The notes below the pieces were generated by a model that saw only the letters and a list, made by a program, of their open reading frames with translations, did not search any database and was not told the DNA's origin. A stretch of 64,000 bases of DNA from an uncultured Dysgonomonas sp. (GTDB lineage Bacteria; Bacteroidota; Bacteroidia; Bacteroidales; Dysgonomonadaceae), in assembly GCA_937995835.1 (NCBI GenBank), contig CALKIV010000002.1, forward strand, positions 813 to 64,812, read 5' to 3'. Positions 1 to 9,083 of the stretch are shown one piece after another. Each line of letters opens with the position of its first letter. Position 1 is the stretch's first letter. The translations under genes were made by a program, and so were the position numbers.

Positions 1-239
1 ATAGTGGCAAGGGCTAAGGATACTAAAATACCTAAACCAATTCTCCTCATACTGGCTACCACATGAGCATCTATACCATTGCTCATCGCCTTCTCGTAAG
101 ACAAATAAACATCCTTAGGGAATGGTAAAGCACTCATATCGACCAAATAGGCTAAGGCATACCAAATCAGATTAAAAAGCACGAAACCAAACAACAAGGT
201 GCTGAAATATCTTATCAACTTGGACTGTCTTTTCTTCAT
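1..239 (-). CDS. ABC transporter permease, N-terminal part (partial, runs off the window start)
   Basis: The minus-strand ATG at 239 overlaps the stop of the upstream ATPase (ATGA). The translation MKKRQSKLIRYFSTLLFGFVLFNLIWYALAYLV...MRRIGLGILVSLALA is hydrophobic and TauC/SsuC-like. It sits in an operon with the SBP and ATPase. Confidence 0.6.
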   Translation of the reverse strand, partial: MKKRQSKLIRYFSTLLFGFVLFNLIWYALAYLVDMSALPFPKDVYLSYEKAMSNGIDAHVVASMRRIGLGILVSLALAT

Positions 240-967
240 ACTATCACTATCGAAAATACATTCATCACTTTATCCATCTCTTCTAGCTTTTGTAATTTGT
301 TATTGTTTAAAAAAGAGGGATTGTCCAATTTGTTGATAATCTTACCTGAGTCTTTACTCATGATTAAGATCGTTTTTCCTAACTCTACAGCTTCTGCAAT
401 ATTATGAGTTATCGCCAATGTTGTTATGTTATATTTTTTCCAAAGCTCTAAATATAATTTTTGAGAATTGGCAGAAGTAAAAGAATCTAAGGAAGAAAAA
501 GGCTCATCCATCAAAAGTAGATCTGGACGAAGAATAAAGGCTCTAGCCAGTGCAACACGTTGACGCTGACCTCCACTTAACTGTAGAGGAAATTTATCTA
601 GCATCTCTTCTAATTCTAAGATCTCAATGATTTCTTTAGCCTCCTTTTCGTCTATTTTCTTAGTCTGATCCAAAATATAAGGAAGATAAATATTCTCCTT
701 CACCGTCTTCCAATTCAGCAAACCATACGATTGAGGAACATAGCCTATAGATAAGTTTTGATCAAAGAGAGGTCTGCTATTATACAGGATAGTCCCAGAA
801 AACTCAGTGTGTATGCCACATAAGATCTTGATCAGCGTAGACTTGCCACATCCAGAAGGACCAATGAGAGCATAACTTTCTTTCTCTGCCAAAGTCAGAG
901 AGAAGTTGTGCAACACCTTTTCTTTGCCATCTCTATACGTGGCTGAGAGGTCTTTAATCTCTATCAT
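236..967 (-). CDS. ABC transporter ATP-binding protein (NitT/TauT nitrate/sulfonate/taurine-type)
   Basis: Walker A GPSGCGKST, signature LSGGQRQRVALARA and Walker B LLLMDEPFS. It overlaps the SBP stop and the permease start. Confidence 0.85.
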   Translation of the reverse strand: MIEIKDLSATYRDGKEKVLHNFSLTLAEKESYALIGPSGCGKSTLIKILCGIHTEFSGTILYNSRPLFDQNLSIGYVPQSYGLLNWKTVKENIYLPYILDQTKKIDEKEAKEIIEILELEEMLDKFPLQLSGGQRQRVALARAFILRPDLLLMDEPFSSLDSFTSANSQKLYLELWKKYNITTLAITHNIAEAVELGKTILIMSKDSGKIINKLDNPSFLNNNKLQKLEEMDKVMNVFSIVIV

Positions 968-1932
968 TCTTGTTTATCAGAGGTAACCAATACAGAGGAA
1001 TCTAGCAGAGAGTTAGTATCAAAGTTTTGATCAACTAATCCTCTATGATGCAACCACTTTGTTGTCATTTCTAAATCTTCAATTTTCGGAGTTTGAGCAT
1101 ACGTATAGTTCGGAAGTGACACCTGATCAGCGATTCCCTCAGGAAATGCCAGTTCTTTCACTAAAATATCTTTAATTTCCGCCAATGAATGAGTTTTCAA
1201 ATAATCGACCCCCATATTGTAAGCCTGATATAACTTTTTTACATCTTCTAAGTTATTATCAATCACATTAGAGTGAAACATTATACCTGTTATATCAAAA
1301 CCTAACTCATTGTTAGAAGTAAGAATAGGATGCTCCTCTTTTTCTAGCATCAAGGCAAATGGATTAGGCAAGCCCGTAGCATCTATTTTCCCGTTTTTCA
1401 ACAATTCAAAACGCAATGGAATCTTATTGACCTCTGCCTTTTCAATATCTTTCGCTGTGAGTTCTACACTCTTTAAAGCCATATCTACTACAAAATCGAT
1501 GACCGTATTTTGAGAAACAGCAATTTTCTTTCCTTTCAGATCAGCTAAACTAACAATCTGACTATTTTTATTTGCGACAATAAAGAAAGGAGCATCGCAT
1601 CTGGAAACCAAGCGAAGATCCACTCCACCCGATTTTTGCAAAACAGCTCCTGTATAATCAATAACACAACCGTCTACAGCTTTACTCTGAAAAGCTGCAT
1701 CACGTTCATTTGCAGAGTAAAATTTATGCAGTTTGACATCTACTCCAACACTCTTAAAATAACCTTCACGTTGAGCTACGGCCAACGGAAGATAGTCCAT
1801 CGAAGCCATCACTCCCACATTAAGCATTTTGTCATCTTCTTTCGATGCTGATTGACAGCCAAGAAGTAAAACGACAGACAACACTATTAAAAATATATTT
1901 TGCAATTTATTCATCTTTTCAATCTTTAACAA
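964..1932 (-). CDS. ABC transporter substrate-binding lipoprotein, NMT1/THI5-like family
   Basis: Signal peptide with lipobox LLLGC followed by a periplasmic binding-protein-like body. It is the first gene of the SBP-ATPase-permease operon. The more likely start is MNKLQN at 1914. Confidence 0.65.
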   Translation of the reverse strand: MLKIEKMNKLQNIFLIVLSVVLLLGCQSASKEDDKMLNVGVMASMDYLPLAVAQREGYFKSVGVDVKLHKFYSANERDAAFQSKAVDGCVIDYTGAVLQKSGGVDLRLVSRCDAPFFIVANKNSQIVSLADLKGKKIAVSQNTVIDFVVDMALKSVELTAKDIEKAEVNKIPLRFELLKNGKIDATGLPNPFALMLEKEEHPILTSNNELGFDITGIMFHSNVIDNNLEDVKKLYQAYNMGVDYLKTHSLAEIKDILVKELAFPEGIADQVSLPNYTYAQTPKIEDLEMTTKWLHHRGLVDQNFDTNSLLDSSVLVTSDKQE

Positions 1933-2116
1933 AGCACCTCTATTTTATTAGTAACATCAAAGATAAACATAGTTTTCTTAAGGATAAAAGTAAAGCTATT
2001 TTTCATGCAGTCTTTAGCAAACGAACTCTGCATGTTTAACATTAATTTTATTTAGAGCAAAATAAACATTTGCTTTGCTTTTTTAATATTTATTCATATC
2101 TTGATGTTTGGAAAAA

Positions 2117-2124
2117 TATTTTTG
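2117..2124 (+). promoter_or_regulatory. Bacteroidetes -7 promoter motif TATTTTTG upstream of nrfH
   Basis: Exact TAnnTTTG match 14 nt before the nrfH ATG. Confidence 0.4.
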
Positions 2125-2137
2125 TTAAATATAGAAT

Positions 2138-2719
2138 ATGAAAAAGTTTCTAAGTCTAATACCTCATCAGTTTGTGTTTCCTCTATTCCTTATTGGAGGA
2201 ATCCTTGTCGGGCTTGGAGCATATGCAGCATACATGTCTAGGGTACATTCTTACTTATCTGATAGCCCAGAAGCATGTATTAACTGCCATATAATGACTC
2301 CATATTACAGTTCATGGAAACACAGCTCTCATGCGCAATGGGCTACTTGTAACGATTGTCATGTTCCACAAAACAATATGATAGAAGGCTATGCATTTAA
2401 GGCAATGGATGGACTATATCATGCGGCTGTATTTACAGTAAGAGGGGAACCACAAGCTATAAGGCCACGAGATGCTAGCTACGAAGTAATAATGAATAAT
2501 TGTATACGCTGTCACGAACACCTAAATACGGCTGTTGTAGAAACAGGAATGGTGTCTTATTGCGAGGTAAAAGAAGGAAAAGGGAAAGCATGTTGGGATT
2601 GCCATCAGGAGGTACCTCACACAAAGGTCAGCAATATTGCCGGAGCACCTAATGCTTATGTTCCTCTTCCCGATTCTCCTGTGCCTGATTGGTTAAAAGA
2701 AAAAATGAAAAAACAATAA
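2138..2719 (+). CDS. nrfH: Cytochrome c nitrite reductase small subunit NrfH (NapC/NirT tetraheme quinol dehydrogenase)
   Basis: N-terminal TM helix plus four CxxCH motifs (CINCH, CNDCH, CIRCH, CWDCH). It lies directly upstream of nrfA. Confidence 0.9.
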   Translation: MKKFLSLIPHQFVFPLFLIGGILVGLGAYAAYMSRVHSYLSDSPEACINCHIMTPYYSSWKHSSHAQWATCNDCHVPQNNMIEGYAFKAMDGLYHAAVFTVRGEPQAIRPRDASYEVIMNNCIRCHEHLNTAVVETGMVSYCEVKEGKGKACWDCHQEVPHTKVSNIAGAPNAYVPLPDSPVPDWLKEKMKKQ

Positions 2720-2731
2720 ATAAACAAGACT

Positions 2732-4231
2732 ATGTTAAAGAAATTAGCTGAAGTGATAAGAAAAAAACCTATGATCGGTTGGGGAATATTTCTAGCTTCC
2801 ATGGTTGCTGTATTTTTACTTGGCTTGCTGGCTGCTTCGATCACAGAGAGAAGAGCTGAGATAGCAACCATCGTAGCCAACCGTATTGACCAGATTGAAC
2901 CAGGAGATACTCGTAGCGAGAATTATAAAAATAATTTCAGAAGGGAGTATGATACTTGGAAGAAAACTCAGGAAATGGATTTCCGTAGCAAATATAATGG
3001 AAATGCAGAACATGATGTCCTTGCAGAACGTCCAGAGATGGTTATTCTATGGGCCGGCTATGCTTTCTCTAAAGATTATAAAGCTCCACGCGGACACATG
3101 CACGCGTTGGAAGATAATAGAAACACATTGCGAACCGGTACTCCAGAAAATCCTGGAGACGGACCACAACCTGCTGCTTGCTGGGTATGTAAGAGCCCGG
3201 ATGTACCTAAATATATGCACGACCATGGTATTGAGGAATTCTATACACATCAATGGGGTGATCTAGGAAGTGAAATAGTCAATCCTGTGGGCTGTGCGAT
3301 GTGCCACAACAGCGAGACGATGAATCTACAGATATCTCAACCATCACTTATACAAGCCTTTAGTGACATGGGCAAAGACATCACCAAAGCCACTCCACAA
3401 GAGATGCGTTCGTTGGTTTGTGCGCAATGTCACGTAGAGTATTACTTTGCAGGAACTCAAAAAGTTGTAACATTCCCTTGGAAAGATGGTATGACCATGG
3501 AAGACATGGAAAAATACTATGACGAAATAGAGTTTACTGACTGGACACATGGACTTAGTAAAGCTCCGATGCTAAAAGCTCAACACCCTGACTATGAAGT
3601 ATTCCTTTTAGGTACTCATGCCCAAAGAGGTCTATCGTGTGCCGATTGTCATATGCCTTACAAATCAGAAGGTGGAATCAAATATTCTGATCACCAAATT
3701 ATGAGCCCATTGAAGAATGTGGCAAATACTTGTCAGGTATGTCATAGAGACAGTGAAGAAAACTTGATAAAATATGTAACAGACATACAAGATAAAGCAA
3801 ACGAAATAAGAAATCGTATAGAAACAGAACTATCTAAAGCTCATATCATGGCTAAAAAAGCTTGGGACAGTGGTGCTACAGATGCTGAGATGAAAAACAC
3901 TCTCCAATTGCTTCGTCAAGCTCAATGGCGTTGGGATTTTGCTGTGGCCACGCATGGTGGTTCATTTCATGCTCCAATAGAAATTCAACGTATTTTGGCA
4001 CATAGCCTAGATCGATCATTGCAGGCTCAACTGGAAGTTCAGAAAGTTCTTTTTGCTCATAACATCACAGATGTACCTATGCCTGATATCTCTAGTAAAG
4101 ATAAAGCACAAGAGTATATTGGACTAGATATGAAGAAAGAAGTTGAGAAGAAAGAAAAATGGATAGAAACAGTTGTTCCAAAATGGATTGAAGAAGCTAA
4201 GCAAAAAGGAAAACTAATAGCTGAAAAATAA
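2732..4231 (+). CDS. nrfA: Ammonia-forming cytochrome c552 nitrite reductase NrfA (pentaheme)
   Basis: Active-site heme motif CWVCK plus four CxxCH motifs (CAMCH, CAQCH, CADCH, CQVCH). N-terminal signal anchor; 499 aa. Confidence 0.95.
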   Translation: MLKKLAEVIRKKPMIGWGIFLASMVAVFLLGLLAASITERRAEIATIVANRIDQIEPGDTRSENYKNNFRREYDTWKKTQEMDFRSKYNGNAEHDVLAERPEMVILWAGYAFSKDYKAPRGHMHALEDNRNTLRTGTPENPGDGPQPAACWVCKSPDVPKYMHDHGIEEFYTHQWGDLGSEIVNPVGCAMCHNSETMNLQISQPSLIQAFSDMGKDITKATPQEMRSLVCAQCHVEYYFAGTQKVVTFPWKDGMTMEDMEKYYDEIEFTDWTHGLSKAPMLKAQHPDYEVFLLGTHAQRGLSCADCHMPYKSEGGIKYSDHQIMSPLKNVANTCQVCHRDSEENLIKYVTDIQDKANEIRNRIETELSKAHIMAKKAWDSGATDAEMKNTLQLLRQAQWRWDFAVATHGGSFHAPIEIQRILAHSLDRSLQAQLEVQKVLFAHNITDVPMPDISSKDKAQEYIGLDMKKEVEKKEKWIETVVPKWIEEAKQKGKLIAEK

Positions 4232-4284
4232 AAATATATTTCGTCATTGATTCTGAAGATAAATAAATCTAAATAGAACAAAAA

Positions 4285-5601
4285 ATGAAGAAAATAAAAT
4301 ATATCATATTAATGGGATTAATCTTAGTCCCATTAATTTTATCTGCACAAAGCAGCAACGAAACGAGTAAAGAGTTTACCATTTCCGCTCAAATCAGAGC
4401 CCGTGGAGAGTATCGCAACGGAGCTTTATTTCCTAGGAATGAGGGAGAGAGTTCGTCTTCGTTTATCAACAATCGCGCTCGCCTATCTATGGGATATAAG
4501 CATGCTGACTACCTAGAATTGAAGTTTTCAGGCCAACATGTAGGACTTTGGGGAGAGGGTGTTCAATCAAAAAAAGATGGAGACTTTGTACTAAATGAAG
4601 CATGGGCCAAACTCAAATTTGGACAAAACTTCTTTGCGCAACTTGGCCGTCAAGCGCTGAGCTATGATGACGAGCGTATTTTAGGAGAACTAGACTGGCA
4701 TGTGGCAGGACGTTATCATGACCTTTTGAAATTAGGTTATTCTAAAGACATGTCAACTATTCATCTAGCCTTAGCTTTTAATCAAAACAGTGATGATCCA
4801 AAGAAGCGAGGAAATTACTTTGCTCCCGGAGGACAGCCATACAAGAGTATGCAAATGGCTTGGTATCATCATGGTAACAATCAGAATCCTTTTGGCATTT
4901 CACTCTTAGCCATGAACTTGGGGTGGGAAAAAGGGGATGATGTGAAAGATGCTGGAAATGCTTTCATGCAAACCATTGGAACCTATCTGACTTATAAAAA
5001 GGACATCTGGGACTTGAGTGGATCAGTGTATTATCAAACAGGAAAGGCGAAACCTACCGTATTGGCAAAAGACAAATCGGTTTCTGCTTACATGGCTGCT
5101 TTATCGGCAAAGGTAAGTATTGCTCCTGACTGGAAACTTGGCATCGGAAGCGACTACCTCAGTGGAGGAAAAGCTGGCGATGAAAAACATAAAGCATTTG
5201 ATCCGCTATATGGTACACATCACAAATTCTATGGATCAATGGATTATTTTTATGCTTCACCATTTGCCAATGGGTTGAATCCCGGATTGTGGGACAATCA
5301 AGTGGGCGTTTATTATAAGCCATCGCCCAAAGTGGATATGTCATTGAACTACCACTATTTTATGACCACAAAAAAAATAGAAATTGCCAATAGTAAAATA
5401 AGTAAAAGTTTAGGGTCAGAATTTGACCTACAAGTCAATTGGTCCATTATGCCTGACGTTAAACTCATGGCTGGTTATTCTTTTATGCTTGGCACAAAAT
5501 CGATGGATGTCATAAAAGGAGGCAACCATAAAAGCTGGCAAGATTGGGGCTGGATTGCAATCAACATAACTCCTCAATTGTTTTCTACCAAAACAAAATA
5601 A
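4285..5601 (+). CDS. Outer-membrane beta-barrel porin-like protein (alginate-export/porin-type family)
   Basis: Signal peptide (LILSAQS) and a Gly/aromatic-rich alternating pattern typical of an OM barrel. The family assignment is from recollection only. Confidence 0.5.
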   Translation: MKKIKYIILMGLILVPLILSAQSSNETSKEFTISAQIRARGEYRNGALFPRNEGESSSSFINNRARLSMGYKHADYLELKFSGQHVGLWGEGVQSKKDGDFVLNEAWAKLKFGQNFFAQLGRQALSYDDERILGELDWHVAGRYHDLLKLGYSKDMSTIHLALAFNQNSDDPKKRGNYFAPGGQPYKSMQMAWYHHGNNQNPFGISLLAMNLGWEKGDDVKDAGNAFMQTIGTYLTYKKDIWDLSGSVYYQTGKAKPTVLAKDKSVSAYMAALSAKVSIAPDWKLGIGSDYLSGGKAGDEKHKAFDPLYGTHHKFYGSMDYFYASPFANGLNPGLWDNQVGVYYKPSPKVDMSLNYHYFMTTKKIEIANSKISKSLGSEFDLQVNWSIMPDVKLMAGYSFMLGTKSMDVIKGGNHKSWQDWGWIAINITPQLFSTKTK

Positions 5602-5605
5602 ATAA

Positions 5606-6904
5606 GTGAACGACAACAACAAGCACAATATGTGGCAATTTCCATGGCAATACAAAGAAAGTATTGCCATAGTATTGGGTATACTAATGGTTGGCATTCT
5701 TCTTCAACTGACCTTGGGAAGTTTCAATTTTTACCTGCTACACTATCCAGTCAATATCATTATAGGGCTGGTTATTATCATCGCTACTGCATTCTTATCG
5801 TTTAAGAATAATTCTTTGATTAACTGGCTGAGTGGAGTTCCCTTGACAGTGACACTCATTGGGGGACTTTTTCTGCTAACGATTCTGATGGGCCTCATTC
5901 CTCAGTTTGCCAAAGTGAATACCGACTTGCATATCCATTGGGATCATTCCTCATGGCAAGAAATTTTAGACTATATTTTCATGAAGTTAGGATTTAAACA
6001 AATGACTACTTCATGGGCCTTTGTTCTAATCTATAGTTTCAGCTTGTTTGTTTTAGGGTTGGTGATCGCTAAAAGGCTTCATAGATTCAAATGGAAAGAT
6101 TTTGCATTTTACCTCAACCATCTAGGACTTTGGCTTTTCTTGTTTGCGGCTGGCTTTGGCTCTGCAGATATGTCTCGCTATGTGATGTATGTGGAAGAAG
6201 GTGAAACAGAATGGCGAGTATATGACGATCAAGAAAACGTTAAAGAATTAGATATCGCTATACAACTGCACGATTTTGTGATGGAAGAATATCCGCCTAA
6301 ACTTGCTGTGGTCAACAAATATACTGGCGACGTACAACCTGAAGGAAAACCTACCTACTATCAAATAGACGAGAAAAGCAGAACTGACGTTCTTGATGTG
6401 TGGCAACTAGAGCTTGAGGAATATATTCACGAAGCTGTAAGAAAAACAGATACCACCTTTCAGGCTATCCCCATGGCAGGTTCAATGCCTGCTGCTAAAG
6501 TAAAGATGACCAATAAGGAGACTGGAATTGTGGTGTCAGGTTGGTTAACCTGTGGAAGTATAGACCAATTTGTAATGCCTCTTGAACTGGACTCGACCTA
6601 TTCTTTGGTGATGACAAAGCCCGAACCCAAACGCTTTGCTTCTGATGTTACAGTGATGGCCGAGTTTGAGGATATGCCAATTAAAACTACCTTAGAAGTG
6701 AATCATCCATTGACAATAGGTAGTTGGATGATCTATCAATATGATTATGACCATGCTTTAGGTAAAGCGTCTCGGATGAGTGGCTTCGAGCTGGTATATG
6801 ATCCATGGTTATATCCAGTTTATATAGGTATATTTATGGTTGCCATAGGGGCAATCTGCATGTTGTGGCTTGGAAAGAAAAATAAACAAAAGGAAAAAAT
6901 ATGA
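5606..6904 (+). CDS. ccsB: Cytochrome c biogenesis protein CcsB/ResB-like (system II)
   Basis: N-terminal TM helices, a large soluble loop and a C-terminal TM helix. GTG start at 5606, with an alternative ATG at 5630. Its stop overlaps the ccsA start (ATGA). Confidence 0.7.
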   Translation: MNDNNKHNMWQFPWQYKESIAIVLGILMVGILLQLTLGSFNFYLLHYPVNIIIGLVIIIATAFLSFKNNSLINWLSGVPLTVTLIGGLFLLTILMGLIPQFAKVNTDLHIHWDHSSWQEILDYIFMKLGFKQMTTSWAFVLIYSFSLFVLGLVIAKRLHRFKWKDFAFYLNHLGLWLFLFAAGFGSADMSRYVMYVEEGETEWRVYDDQENVKELDIAIQLHDFVMEEYPPKLAVVNKYTGDVQPEGKPTYYQIDEKSRTDVLDVWQLELEEYIHEAVRKTDTTFQAIPMAGSMPAAKVKMTNKETGIVVSGWLTCGSIDQFVMPLELDSTYSLVMTKPEPKRFASDVTVMAEFEDMPIKTTLEVNHPLTIGSWMIYQYDYDHALGKASRMSGFELVYDPWLYPVYIGIFMVAIGAICMLWLGKKNKQKEKI

Positions 6905-7683
6905 CTTGGAACGAATACCTTTGGTTTGCTATACCTGCAATGCTCTGTTGGCTAATAGCCGGAGTCATTGCCTTCAGAAGCGAAAAGAATAAACTTGTAG
7001 ACATTCTCACCATTTTGGGGATAACTATCTTTGGCGCATTTATTATTGGGCTTTGGATAGGACAAGAACGTCCGCCTTTGCGCACCATGGGCGAAACTCG
7101 CTTGTGGTATTCTTTTTTTCTTGCGCTGATTGGCTACATCACTTATAAACACTGGAAATATAATTGGATACTTGGCTTCTCAGCCCTTGTGGCTTCTGTA
7201 TTTGTAATCATCAACATCGTAAAACCTGAGATACATTCCACAAACTTGATGCCTGCTTTGCAAAGTTATTGGTTTGTACCTCATGTCACAGTATATATTC
7301 TATCATACTCCATGCTGGGTGCTGCCACTATTGCCGCCTTTGTGCAATTGGTGAATATGAAAAAGAATAACATAGATGAAAAGCTCTATGACTTTATGGA
7401 TAACATTGTTTATGTAGGCTTTGGCTTCTTGATGTTAGGTCTGTTGATGGGAGCACTTTGGGCAAAAGAAGCCTGGGGACACTATTGGTCGTGGGATCCA
7501 AAAGAGACATGGGCCTTTGTTACATGCGCTGCTTATTTGGTATATATCCATCTTAGACTGCAATCTAAACATCCTAAATTTACCCTTTGGATGCTACCTA
7601 TTTCTTTCATCATGTTGATGATTACTTGGGTGGGAGTGAATTATCTTCCTGCAGCACAAAACAGTATACACGTTTATTCATAA
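6901..7683 (+). CDS. ccsA: Cytochrome c biogenesis heme-handling protein CcsA (system II)
   Basis: Polytopic membrane protein with the Trp-rich WWD motif WAKEAWGHYWSWDPKETW. Confidence 0.85.
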   Translation: MTWNEYLWFAIPAMLCWLIAGVIAFRSEKNKLVDILTILGITIFGAFIIGLWIGQERPPLRTMGETRLWYSFFLALIGYITYKHWKYNWILGFSALVASVFVIINIVKPEIHSTNLMPALQSYWFVPHVTVYILSYSMLGAATIAAFVQLVNMKKNNIDEKLYDFMDNIVYVGFGFLMLGLLMGALWAKEAWGHYWSWDPKETWAFVTCAAYLVYIHLRLQSKHPKFTLWMLPISFIMLMITWVGVNYLPAAQNSIHVYS

Positions 7684-7695
7684 TATAACTTTAAG

Positions 7696-8262
7696 ATGAT
7701 GAGACGTAAAGACAGAGAAATGAGCAAAGAGTTTGCTCACACACTGATTGATCATTCTACCTATGGTGTACTATCAGTCATTGACAAAGAGGGCAATCCT
7801 TATGGACTTCCTCTTTCAATTGTTTGTCAAGGTGAAAAACTTTATTTTCATTCTGCCAAAGGAGGGAAGAAAGTAGAAGCTTTTGAAGATGGGAAACAAG
7901 TCTGTGTCACCTTTGTAGGGAAAACAAAAATACCTGAACTGTTTTCAGAAGAAGAGCTTCAAGGCTTTTTAAAAGATGAAAGTAAGGGTGCAACCTTGAG
8001 CAGTAAGGTTTTTACCACAGAATATGAATCAGCAATGGTCTTTGGCAAAATACATTTAGTGACTGATCAGCCTGAAGCCATTGAAGCTTTACGCCTGATC
8101 TGTCAGAAATATACACCGTCCAAGATGGAATATTTTGACTTAGCCATCAAGTCAGGTTTATCCAGAACAAATATTTATCGAGTAGATATAGAAGAAATCA
8201 CAGCTAAACGAAAAAAGTTTGCCCCTTCGGGTGAAGAACTCAAATGGGGAAAGCTCGAATAA
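7696..8262 (+). CDS. Pyridoxamine 5'-phosphate oxidase family flavoprotein (Nim-like)
   Basis: 188 aa with an MRRKDRE N-terminus and the general pattern of NimA-related PNPOx-fold proteins. It starts 12 nt after the ccsA stop. Confidence 0.7.
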   Translation: MMRRKDREMSKEFAHTLIDHSTYGVLSVIDKEGNPYGLPLSIVCQGEKLYFHSAKGGKKVEAFEDGKQVCVTFVGKTKIPELFSEEELQGFLKDESKGATLSSKVFTTEYESAMVFGKIHLVTDQPEAIEALRLICQKYTPSKMEYFDLAIKSGLSRTNIYRVDIEEITAKRKKFAPSGEELKWGKLE

Positions 8263-8275
8263 TTTTTTGGAAAGT

Positions 8276-8305
8276 AAAAGGCTCACAACTAATTGTGAGC
8301 CTTTT
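8276..8305. terminator. Bidirectional intrinsic terminator hairpin between the PNPOx gene and ric
   Basis: 13-bp perfect stem AAAAGGCTCACAA/TTGTGAGCCTTTT with a 4-nt loop, flanked by A and T runs on both sides. Confidence 0.7.
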
Positions 8306-8337
8306 ATCATTAGAACCTTGATTTGTTCTAAAACAAC

Positions 8338-9063
8338 TTAACCAAAACTCTCCTCTAGTTTTATAGCTTTAGGGAATAAAATATTATTCTCCACATGGAT
8401 ATGAATATGTAAGTTTTCTTCAAACTGTCTTAATTCTTCCAAAACTAATTTATAAGAATTACATGCATATTCTGGTGCAACATAAGCACCTGTCAGCCCC
8501 GATATCTTTCTGAATCGATCCCCTTCACCATCATGTTCCTGTATCATCACCCGTATAGGATTATTTACACTTCCACAATGGAATCGAGGCAATTGCTCTC
8601 CTTTGCTTTGTGCTAAAAGAAGCTCACGAATGAGTGGAAATAAAATATTTTCTTCTTTAGCTAAATGATCGTGAAGATCAACCAATGAAGCGCTGAATAG
8701 CTCAGTCACTTGGTGAAGATGAGAATCTCTATCTCCATGTGCATTCACCACTTTGGTTAACAAAGCATGGATCTCAGTTCCACGAGTACGTATATAATGA
8801 TGATGAAACTTCACTACATAATCGATCAGAAGATCAAGCGACCACTGATCAAAATTAAGTGCTTGAGGCAGAGAGTCGCTTTTGACGCTCAACTCTAAAT
8901 CTTTGAGTAGATCATCTAACACCACTCCACTCTTCTTGACAGCTTCTGAAAGGAGGATATCTCCTCCACAACAGAAATCTATTCCATAAGATTGAAATAC
9001 TTTGGCAAATTCGATGTTTTGAGCAACAATCTCTCCTACCGTTTTATTTACAAAATCTTTCAT
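8338..9063 (-). CDS. ric: Iron-sulfur cluster repair di-iron protein (RIC; ScdA/YtfE family)
   Basis: ScdA_N-type motif YGIDFCCGG near the N-terminus, then a His/Glu-rich hemerythrin-like body. The ORF extends to 9096, but MKDFVNKTVGEIV at 9063 matches family N-termini and avoids overlapping hcp. Confidence 0.85.
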   Translation of the reverse strand: MKDFVNKTVGEIVAQNIEFAKVFQSYGIDFCCGGDILLSEAVKKSGVVLDDLLKDLELSVKSDSLPQALNFDQWSLDLLIDYVVKFHHHYIRTRGTEIHALLTKVVNAHGDRDSHLHQVTELFSASLVDLHDHLAKEENILFPLIRELLLAQSKGEQLPRFHCGSVNNPIRVMIQEHDGEGDRFRKISGLTGAYVAPEYACNSYKLVLEELRQFEENLHIHIHVENNILFPKAIKLEESFG

Positions 9064-9083
9064 TGTTATTTTTTTTTCAAAAC

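Noticed and set aside
1933-2137. Possible TPP riboswitch upstream of the NMT1/THI5-like binding protein (a ThiY-like HMP importer idea)
   Set aside because: There is no CTGAGA...ACCTGATCTGGATAATGCCAGCG-type core on the relevant strand, so nothing here supports thiamine-precursor regulation.
2656-3550. Several 65-126-aa ORFs in alternative frames over nrfH/nrfA (for example 2656-2880, 2886-3266, 3047-3253)
   Set aside because: All are nested in or antisense to the heme-motif-bearing nrf genes and lack motifs. I treat them as frame shadows.
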